Assembly: GCA_041659045.1 (NCBI GenBank)
Contig: JBAZZB010000001.1
Span: 6,111 to 70,110 of the forward strand
Direction of reading: 5' to 3'
Length of the DNA: 64,000 nt
Origin: Patescibacteria group bacterium
GTDB taxonomy: Bacteria; Patescibacteriota; Patescibacteriia; SG8-24; DYFX01
Below, one piece after another: positions 47,434-54,291 of this stretch (the stretch's first letter is position 1; each line of letters begins with the position of its first letter). Under the pieces are notes generated by a model that was given only the letters and a program-made list of their open reading frames with translations, was not told where the DNA came from and searched no databases. Made by a program: the position numbers and the translations under genes.

Positions 47434-47772
47434 TTAGGAAGCTTGGCGTTTTTTCTTATCAAGATCCTCGAGGATTTTCCGTTCCAAGGTGTCCGTATCC
47501 TCATCGGTTGGCGTGCGAACAGATTCTTTCTGAATGCCATACGACTCCGGTGTGCGAAGCTCCGGCGCGACAGCATCCGTCAGATCCTCGATCATGTCGT
47601 CCTCGAGCTTTGCAAGCTGGCTTTCGTAGCTGCGAAGCTTTTCTTTGAGGAAGTCATGCTCGGGAGCATCGGCCGGCATGCCGGCAAGCTCAGCCGCCGC
47701 TTTGCTGATCTCCTCGCGGAGAAGGTCGGCTTCGGATTTTGGCTGTTCGAGTGAGGGAGTTTCAAAGCTCAT
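47434..47772 (-). CDS. hypothetical acidic protein, IEDLT-motif family member 2
   Basis: ATG at MSFETPS downstream of TTGACA-17-TATTCT promoter; DMIEDLTDAV motif. Confidence 0.5.
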   Translation of the reverse strand: MSFETPSLEQPKSEADLLREEISKAAAELAGMPADAPEHDFLKEKLRSYESQLAKLEDDMIEDLTDAVAPELRTPESYGIQKESVRTPTDEDTDTLERKILEDLDKKKRQAS

Positions 47773-47826
47773 GGGAGTGTGATTATCACTTGCCAGAATA
47801 GCATAAAAATGGGAATTTGTCAACGC

Positions 47827-48726
47827 ATGAAAGCACTTCCGCGCATCATCGTCATCGTCGGTCCAACGGCTTCAGGGAAGTCTGCTTTAGCGCATCGTTT
47901 GGCAAAAGCGATCGGTGGAGAGATTGTATCTGCTGATTCACGCCTGCTCTATACGGGTATGAATATCGGCACGGCAAAACCATCGCTCTCTGAGCGAGAA
48001 GAAGTGCCGCATCATTTGATTGATGTGGTGTCTCCCTCAAAAACGCTGACGCTTTCAGAATATAAGCGCAAGGCCCTTCGCGCGATTCGCGATATCTTGA
48101 AACGCGGACGCGTACCGATCGTTGTCGGTGGTACCGGCCTCTACGTTCGTGCTCTCGTCGAGAATCTTGAAATACCGGAAGTGCCGCCAAACCCCGTATA
48201 CCGCGATTTTCTTAGAAAAAAAGGGGATGCGTGGATTTTGACGCAGGTTGGAAAACTCGACCCGGAGTACGCGAAACGTATTGGTCCAAACCCACGCTTT
48301 GCGACGCGTGCTCTTGAAGTTATGAAAGCGACGGGCAAACCGTTTAGCGCGTTGCAAGGAAAAGGACCTCAACTGTTTGACGCGCTTCTTCTTGGCTTGT
48401 CTCCAGGCACTCCGATACTCAAACAACGGATCTTGAAACGCGTCACGAAGATGTTTCGCGCAGGCTTAGAAAAAGAAGCGAGGGCGATCGCGGAAAAATA
48501 CGACGAGGCGCTGCCAAGCATGAGCGGAATCGGCTATCGCGAGCTTTGGCCGCACCTGCGCGGAGAGATTTCGCTCGCGGAAGCGAAAAAAACAATCGTA
48601 AGGAACACAGAACAGTACGCCAAGCGGCAAATGACGTGGTGGCGTGGCATGAAGGGGATCGAGTGGCACGTTCAACCTCAAACCGCCTTTCGTTCCGCTA
48701 AAAAATGGCTAATTTCAGCAAAATAA
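47827..48726 (+). CDS. miaA: tRNA dimethylallyltransferase
   Basis: P-loop GPTASGKS, ADSRLLY, typical MiaA length. Confidence 0.9.
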   Translation: MKALPRIIVIVGPTASGKSALAHRLAKAIGGEIVSADSRLLYTGMNIGTAKPSLSEREEVPHHLIDVVSPSKTLTLSEYKRKALRAIRDILKRGRVPIVVGGTGLYVRALVENLEIPEVPPNPVYRDFLRKKGDAWILTQVGKLDPEYAKRIGPNPRFATRALEVMKATGKPFSALQGKGPQLFDALLLGLSPGTPILKQRILKRVTKMFRAGLEKEARAIAEKYDEALPSMSGIGYRELWPHLRGEISLAEAKKTIVRNTEQYAKRQMTWWRGMKGIEWHVQPQTAFRSAKKWLISAK

Positions 48727-48795
48727 CAGTCTTCGGGCTTTTCAAAAGCCTTATTTTGTGGCATAATAAGCTCAGAATTATTAACGTCCCACCGT

Positions 48796-48966
48796 ATGGA
48801 ACCCATCATGGGCTACTGCGTGAAGTGCAAGGACAAGCGCGAAATCAAAGACGCGCAAGAGGTACAGATGCCCGCCAAGGGCGGCAAGACCCGCCCAGCG
48901 CTCAAGGGCGTCTGCCCGATCTGTGGAACTGGTATCTTCAAGATCCTGCCTTCCAAAGCGGCGTAA
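48796..48966 (+). CDS. small zinc-ribbon protein (56 aa; below the 60-aa ORF-track cutoff)
   Basis: CVKCK...17 aa...CPICG Cys4 pattern, Lys-rich; followed by strong terminator. Confidence 0.5.
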   Translation: MEPIMGYCVKCKDKREIKDAQEVQMPAKGGKTRPALKGVCPICGTGIFKILPSKAA

Positions 48967-49000
48967 GCCACGTCGGTCGCGACCGACGTGGTAAGCCGGA

Positions 49001-49025
49001 CTCCTCCCTCATGGGAGGAGTTTTT
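49001..49025 (+). terminator. intrinsic terminator
   Basis: ctcctccctcatgggaggag + ttttt. Confidence 0.75.
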
Positions 49026-49088
49026 ATTTATACACATGTGAATCTTGCCGCGCTCGCTTGCTGATGGTAAACTCCTTTTTTCGCCAGT

Positions 49089-49191
49089 GAGCCGCAGGGG
49101 ATTTTTCGCCGGTGCTACTTCTTACGCACCTGCGAAATCTCTCAGAGGGTCGGGCGCGCCGCGTCGTGGTCGACCAGTACCCCTGCGGCTC
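49089..49191 (+). ncRNA. candidate structured RNA (unknown family) enclosed by 12-bp helix, between two terminators
   Basis: gagccgcagggg (49089-49100) pairs with cccctgcggctc (49180-49191); internal hairpin ggtgc...gcacc; no protein-like ORF; strand uncertain. Confidence 0.25.
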
Positions 49192-49202
49192 CTTGGTGGA
49201 AA

Positions 49203-49228
49203 AGAAAAAGCCCCACGTGGGGCTTTTT
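49203..49228. terminator. bidirectional intrinsic terminator
   Basis: aaaaagccccacgtggggcttttt. Confidence 0.8.
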
Positions 49229-49232
49229 ACAA

Positions 49233-49721
49233 TCACTTCTTGCTGAACCAGCCTTTGATCCGACCCAACAAAGATGGCTTTGGCTTGTTGCTGCGAGCAA
49301 TCGTGTTATCCATCGGATAGACTTCATCAGCGCTTCGTACGCGAGCTTTCCGCGCTGCATCAGCCGTCAGCTCCTCAACGCGATCACTTTCGTCCATCAA
49401 GCGCGCTTCCTGCGTCATGTCCGGGATGGCATCCAGGTTTTTCCGAGCTTCTTTCATCATCGCCTCATCTCGAATGCGCCGCGCTTCGTGCGTCATGTCT
49501 TCGATCTCTTCCAAGTCACTCGTCTTCAGTTCGGTCTCCTGCTCTTCCTCGGGCTCCTCCTTCACGTGATCGGACAGGTCCTCGATTTCCTCGAGGTCGC
49601 TTTCTTTGAGTTGGATTTCTTCCGTGCCCTCGACCAGTTTTAAGTGGTTTTTCTTTTTTTCCGGTTTCGCGGCTTTTGGTTCGGGTGCGGGCATTGCCTC
49701 AGCGAAGTTGCGGCGGGGCAT
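49233..49721 (-). CDS. hypothetical acidic protein, IEDLT-motif family member 3
   Basis: two copies of motif (EEIEDLSDHVKEE, EEIEDMTHEARR); C-terminal basic tail KPSLLGRIKGWFSKK similar to member 1. Confidence 0.5.
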   Translation of the reverse strand: MPRRNFAEAMPAPEPKAAKPEKKKNHLKLVEGTEEIQLKESDLEEIEDLSDHVKEEPEEEQETELKTSDLEEIEDMTHEARRIRDEAMMKEARKNLDAIPDMTQEARLMDESDRVEELTADAARKARVRSADEVYPMDNTIARSNKPKPSLLGRIKGWFSKK

Positions 49722-49732
49722 AGGAGAAAAGG

Positions 49733-51268
49733 TTAAAGCTTCCCAAGTTTGGCTTCGAGAATCTCGCGGACAAGATCCGGTTTTGCTTTTCCTTTGGTTT
49801 CTTTCATGACCTGGCCGACCAGGAACATGATCGCGGCTTGCTTGCCGGCTTTGTAGTCACCAACCACTTTTTCGTTGGCGAGGATGATGTTGTCGCACGC
49901 GAGTTCGAGGTCGCCGACGTCGGAGACTTGCTCGAGGCCGCGCTCGGAAACGATCTGGGAAGGATCCTGGCCACTTTCGAGCATGGCACGCAGTACTTCT
50001 TGCGCCGCGGTCGAGTTGATCTTGCCGGCGTGGAGCAAGGTGAGGAATTCGGCAAAATTCTCCGGCGTAACCTTGGCAATGCGAATGTCCGTTTTGATTT
50101 CGGCCATGAGGCCGAGGAGTTTCGAGAGAAGCCAGCCGGAGACAAGTTTGGCGAACTTCGGCTTGACCGCATCCCACGTTTCTTTTTCGCCACTCGACGA
50201 GAGCCATTCTTGAAGTTCGGAGAACGTTTGTTCGGTGAAGTCGGCGAGACCGGGCGTTTCAACAATTTGCTTGGCGTCGGCAGGAGAGAGAGCATATTCC
50301 TCGCGGAAGCGCTGGCGCTTGGCTTCGGGAAGTTCCGGCATTGTTTGTCGTACGGTACGTTCGAGCTCAGCGAGTTCAAGCGGCGGCAGATCTGGTTCGG
50401 GGAAGTAGCGATAGTCGGCAGAATCTTCCTTTACGCGTTGTTCGACCGTAATCTGCTTGTCTTCATCCCAGCCGCGCGTTGTTGTGATCATGGGTGGCGT
50501 ACCGATCTCCCACAGCTTCGTTTGGCGCATGATCTCGTATTCGAGAGCGCGCTCGACGGCCTTGAAAGAGTTCAAGTTCTTCACTTCCGTTTTTGGGTTG
50601 AAGCGCGCGACCGATTCCTTCTCGATCGCCGGATCATCGATCACTTGGCGGAGGCTGACGTTGGCGTCGCAGCGCAGGTGTCCCTTTTCCATTTCAGCGT
50701 CGGAAACACCGAGCGTGCGCATGATGAGGCGCAGCTCGTGCAAGAAGGCTTTAGCTTCGGAAGCCGAGGCGAAGTCGGGTTCGGTGACGATTTCGGCGAG
50801 CGGCGTGCCAGCGCGGTTGAAGTCGACAAGCGAAGCGCGGCCGCCGTCGGCGTGCTGCAGCTTGGCGGCGTCTTCTTCAAGATGGAGGCGCGTGATGCCG
50901 ATCGTGAAGACCGTGCGCTCATTGCCCTTGGCGTAGGGATTCTCAAGCGTCATCGTGCCGGCGACGCCAACAGGTTTGTCGAATTGCGAAATTTGGTACC
51001 CCTTCGGCAAGTCGGGGTAGAAGTAGTTCTTGCGGTCGAATTTCGATTGCGGGGTGATGCGGCAGCCGATCGCGAGCGAGGCCAAAATACCGAAATGAAT
51101 AGCCTGTCGGTTCGCAACTGGAAGCGTGCCGGGGTGCCCCATGCAGATCGGGCAGACGGCGGTATTCGGCGGTGCGTCCTCGGCACGGTTATCGCAGCCG
51201 CAGAACATCTTCGATTTTGTTTTGAGCTGGACGTGGATTTCCAGCCCGATTACGGGCTCCAAAGTCAT
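49733..51268 (-). CDS. gatB: aspartyl/glutamyl-tRNA(Asn/Gln) amidotransferase subunit B
   Basis: GatB N-terminal GLEIHVQL...CGCDN motif and C-terminal YqeY-like domain. Confidence 0.93.
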   Translation of the reverse strand: MTLEPVIGLEIHVQLKTKSKMFCGCDNRAEDAPPNTAVCPICMGHPGTLPVANRQAIHFGILASLAIGCRITPQSKFDRKNYFYPDLPKGYQISQFDKPVGVAGTMTLENPYAKGNERTVFTIGITRLHLEEDAAKLQHADGGRASLVDFNRAGTPLAEIVTEPDFASASEAKAFLHELRLIMRTLGVSDAEMEKGHLRCDANVSLRQVIDDPAIEKESVARFNPKTEVKNLNSFKAVERALEYEIMRQTKLWEIGTPPMITTTRGWDEDKQITVEQRVKEDSADYRYFPEPDLPPLELAELERTVRQTMPELPEAKRQRFREEYALSPADAKQIVETPGLADFTEQTFSELQEWLSSSGEKETWDAVKPKFAKLVSGWLLSKLLGLMAEIKTDIRIAKVTPENFAEFLTLLHAGKINSTAAQEVLRAMLESGQDPSQIVSERGLEQVSDVGDLELACDNIILANEKVVGDYKAGKQAAIMFLVGQVMKETKGKAKPDLVREILEAKLGKL

Positions 51269-51316
51269 AGTATGCCTATCCTAGCAGGTGTTTACGCATA
51301 AAAAAAGGGGCCAGAG

Positions 51317-51832
51317 CTATGTCTGAACCCGGGCGGAAGCCGTCCTTCGTTCGGCGGCTTCGAAGTAGGAAGATGGCGTTCTTTGGAGGTAGATGCTGCC
51401 CAGGAGTCCGAGGAGGCTCACGGCGCAGCCAGCGGCGACCGGTGCGGCCGCGTTCGATGTCGAGCCGATCGCAGCGAGGACGGCGATCGCGCCGATGGCC
51501 GAGATCTTCAGAAAAGCGACGATGGCGCGCTCGAGGATGTAATACTGCCAGGGATGGGGACGCTTCCGTGCTGGCTCCAAGCCAGTGCCCAACGCGTGAT
51601 AGCCGGCGAAGATGAAGAAAACGGCCAGTGCGGCCTTTTCCAGCGCCATACCCGGGCGCGTCAGCGCGCCGGCCGCGAGCGGCACGAAGGAGACGACAGT
51701 GATCAACCCGAGCATGAGTGCCAGGACGGAACGACTGCAGCTCAGGCGGTGCATCAGACGCAGGGTAAGACGATCGAAGGCCGCCTGAATCTTCTCGTCG
51801 ACCCAGCGGAACGGAAAGAGCAGAAATCGCAT
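51317..51832 (-). CDS. small multi-TM membrane protein, paralogue A of tandem family
   Basis: ATG with GGAGGA RBS; own TTGACA-17-TATGTT promoter upstream (51859-51886); N-term motif F..R..D..IQAAFD shared with B and D. Confidence 0.5.
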   Translation of the reverse strand: MRFLLFPFRWVDEKIQAAFDRLTLRLMHRLSCSRSVLALMLGLITVVSFVPLAAGALTRPGMALEKAALAVFFIFAGYHALGTGLEPARKRPHPWQYYILERAIVAFLKISAIGAIAVLAAIGSTSNAAAPVAAGCAVSLLGLLGSIYLQRTPSSYFEAAERRTASARVQT

Positions 51833-51858
51833 GGAATCCTCCGGATGTTTGACGTGAA

Positions 51859-51886
51859 GAACATACGGGCACGCCCAGTCGTTGTC
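51859..51886 (-). promoter_or_regulatory. sigma70-like promoter for paralogue A
   Basis: minus-strand TTGACA (51886-51881) - 17 nt - TATGTT. Confidence 0.45.
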
Positions 51887-51891
51887 AAGAA

Positions 51892-51978
51892 AAAAGCCCA
51901 GACTTACGTCTGGGCAGGAGCGGTCTGCGGCGTTCCGACATGTTCCCGTGCCTTTTCGGCGGGCGGGTTCATGGGGGT
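51892..51978. repeat. 87-bp perfect direct repeat copy 1 (3' coding tail of paralogue B + terminator with stop codon in hairpin loop)
   Basis: identical to 52988-53074; contains gcccagacttacgtctgggc hairpin, minus-strand reads GCCCAGACG-TAA-GTCTGGGC-TTTTTT. Confidence 0.9.
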
Positions 51979-52455
51979 TTTGGCGAGGTAGAGAAGAAGG
52001 AGTGATGTGAAGCAGGCGAGCGAGAGGCCGAGCATGCACACCATGGTTTCTATCTTATAGCGGACATAGACCGCCGTAACCAGAAGCCACAGACTGACGG
52101 CGAGAAGCGCACACTTCATTAGTAGTGTCGCCGAAGCGAGTTGTCGCAGATCCGATCCCGAGAGGATAGATGTTGCTCTGGATTCTGCCTCGCGATCCTC
52201 TTCGTACTGGGCGACGTCGCTCCATGCGAATAAGGCCAGGAGAAACAAGACGAATGCGGCGCCGCCATAGATACGCGCTTGAACGAGCATCGCAAGCGAC
52301 GGACCGAAGAAGGTGAAGGTACAGCAGCATTGCAGTCTGTAGCGGATTACGGACTTCTTGAGCCCGAACTTCAACATGAGGAAGAAGCAGACGGAATCAA
52401 ACCGCTTCTGGATCGCGGCATCCGCGCGCTCTAGGAAAGAAACGACGTACTTCAC
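51904..52455 (-). CDS. small multi-TM membrane protein, paralogue B
   Basis: GTG start overlapping stop of paralogue C (GTGA); C-terminal 25 aa identical to paralogue D (...KTPMNPPAEKAREHVGTPQTAPAQT). Confidence 0.5.
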   Translation of the reverse strand: MKYVVSFLERADAAIQKRFDSVCFFLMLKFGLKKSVIRYRLQCCCTFTFFGPSLAMLVQARIYGGAAFVLFLLALFAWSDVAQYEEDREAESRATSILSGSDLRQLASATLLMKCALLAVSLWLLVTAVYVRYKIETMVCMLGLSLACFTSLLLLYLAKTPMNPPAEKAREHVGTPQTAPAQT

Positions 52456-52928
52456 GGAGCGTCTCCTTTCTCCGGATCTGGCCGGTATCCGAGCGGCGCA
52501 GCGCTCATCACGGCCATGCAGATGGCGACGAGCGCGATGCCGATCGAAAAGAGTGAAACGAGCGCGGCGTGCTCCGCAAATGAGAGGCCGATTTCTCGGA
52601 CGGTTGCCGGAGGTCGGACAAGCATCCAGACGATCTCGATCAGGAGAACGAGTCCGGCCGCTTTTGAGAACCTGCCCCACTTCGCAATGAGCGGATCGTC
52701 TTCTTGGTCGACGGCTTCGAGAAGCGCCGCCGGGAGCACGAAGATCCCGATCATGATGATCGACGTGATCACCGTGATCACCAGCGCTGGGTCAGCCGTA
52801 TCCGCCAGACATGCTCCGATCAAGAGCGCCAGACAGATGATACCATGGCCGAGATAGCAAAACAGCCGCATGCACGACGACTTCTTCCAGCCACGGCGCA
52901 TGAACGCATGAAGGATCAATTGCCCCAT
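52452..52928 (-). CDS. small multi-TM membrane protein, paralogue C (N-terminally shorter)
   Basis: shares FMRRGWKKSS-like segment with D (FMRRFGVRKS); 4 predicted TM helices. Confidence 0.45.
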   Translation of the reverse strand: MGQLILHAFMRRGWKKSSCMRLFCYLGHGIICLALLIGACLADTADPALVITVITSIIMIGIFVLPAALLEAVDQEDDPLIAKWGRFSKAAGLVLLIEIVWMLVRPPATVREIGLSFAEHAALVSLFSIGIALVAICMAVMSAAPLGYRPDPEKGDAP

Positions 52929-52987
52929 TGGTGCCTCCTTTGTGGGACGCTTGAACCTACCCCAGAAGAGTCATCTCGTCAAGATAT

Positions 52988-53074
52988 AAAAGCCCAGACT
53001 TACGTCTGGGCAGGAGCGGTCTGCGGCGTTCCGACATGTTCCCGTGCCTTTTCGGCGGGCGGGTTCATGGGGGT
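52988..53074. repeat. 87-bp perfect direct repeat copy 2 (3' coding tail of paralogue D + terminator)
   Basis: identical to 51892-51978. Confidence 0.9.
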
Positions 53075-53524
53075 CTTTTTCAGGTATTCGTGCGCCAGCG
53101 TGCAGATGAAGAAGTGTCCGATGCAAAGAGAGATACTGGCGGGCTTGTCCATGAGGGCGGTCACGGTCACGATCCCGATGATCGTACAAGCGATCTTGGC
53201 GACTCCGTCCGTGCCGATGTCGGCCACCGAGGCTGTTTGGATCGAGCCTTCGGCTTCATGATCCTTCCCAAGGTTGTTCGTTTGCTCGACCACGATGACA
53301 AGCGCAGAGAACGCGGCGATGATGCCGAAGATCAACGGGTGTCCGTACCACATGCCGAGCTGCACGAGCGCCGAAGCGAGCGTCACAGCCGCGACGGCGG
53401 CGAGCGCGTACCGAATCATCGACTTTCGTACGCCGAAGCGGCGCATGAAGAAGAAGCAGATCGAGTCGAAGCGCTTCTGAACCGCGGCGTCGAGTTTGGT
53501 AAAGAACGCGAAGAGAAAGCTCAT
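53000..53524 (-). CDS. small multi-TM membrane protein, paralogue D
   Basis: ATG (MSFLFAFF) with GAGGAGG RBS; TTGACA -35 element just upstream inside end of tmk; N-term motif KLDAAVQKRFDSICFF matches B. Confidence 0.5.
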   Translation of the reverse strand: MSFLFAFFTKLDAAVQKRFDSICFFFMRRFGVRKSMIRYALAAVAAVTLASALVQLGMWYGHPLIFGIIAAFSALVIVVEQTNNLGKDHEAEGSIQTASVADIGTDGVAKIACTIIGIVTVTALMDKPASISLCIGHFFICTLAHEYLKKTPMNPPAEKAREHVGTPQTAPAQT

Positions 53525-53574
53525 CAGGACCTCCTCGTAAGACATCAGAACAAAAACACGCCTCGACGTTGTTG

Positions 53575-54291
53575 TCAAGACGTGGTGGGTGCAAGTTGCA
53601 GGGCGCGTTCGACGTGCGGCCAGACGAGACCATGACAGTCTTCGATTGAAGGCAGATTACCCTCGGGGGTTATGCAGTCGATCAGGACGTGATTGGGAAA
53701 CTGGTTGGCAAGCTCGCGGTACGCGATCTCGACGTTTTCTTGGTAGGCGCGGTCGCGTTCGTGCATATCTTTTTCCTGGCCGGCGGTGTAGGCACGCGCT
53801 TCCTTTTTTGCCACAAGCGTATCGCGTAGGTCAGCGGGAACCGACATGATGAGCGTAAGGTTCGGGCGGGGGAGCATCATGCGGACAAATTCCAGGTCTT
53901 CAACCCAGAGGCGAAAGGTCGTCCGCTCTTTTGGATCGGCAAAGAAGGCGCTTTCATACGCCATAGCCGAAGCGACAAAACGGTCTGCGATGACGATTTT
54001 TCCCGCGTTGAGCCAGCCTTGAATTTTTTCTTTCGTGGTCTGACGATCGCGGGCGTAGAGCGCAGCCACGACGTATGCGCCAACTTCGTCGCGCGTGCCG
54101 AACTCGCCACGTAGGTACATGTCAATGATTTTTGCCGACGGCGCGCCGTGCTGCGGAAAGCTGATCGTTTCGACCTCGCGGCCGAGCGCACGCAAACGAT
54201 CGACCAGCAATTTCATCTGGGCACTTTTGCCGGAACCGTCACCGCCTTCAAAATTGAGGAAGAATCCACGCATGCTAGGAACCGTCTTCAA
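53575..54291 (-). CDS. tmk: thymidylate kinase
   Basis: P-loop FEGGDGSGKS, DRY-like region, LID; overlaps thyX end by 17 nt. Confidence 0.88.
   Translation of the reverse strand: MKTVPSMRGFFLNFEGGDGSGKSAQMKLLVDRLRALGREVETISFPQHGAPSAKIIDMYLRGEFGTRDEVGAYVVAALYARDRQTTKEKIQGWLNAGKIVIADRFVASAMAYESAFFADPKERTTFRLWVEDLEFVRMMLPRPNLTLIMSVPADLRDTLVAKKEARAYTAGQEKDMHERDRAYQENVEIAYRELANQFPNHVLIDCITPEGNLPSIEDCHGLVWPHVERALQLAPTTS

Noticed and set aside
51276-51872. 198-aa minus-strand ORF overlapping membrane paralogue A
   Set aside because: Arg/Gly/Pro-rich alternative frame of the same region; the 51317-51832 frame gives hydrophobic TM helices, an RBS and a promoter.
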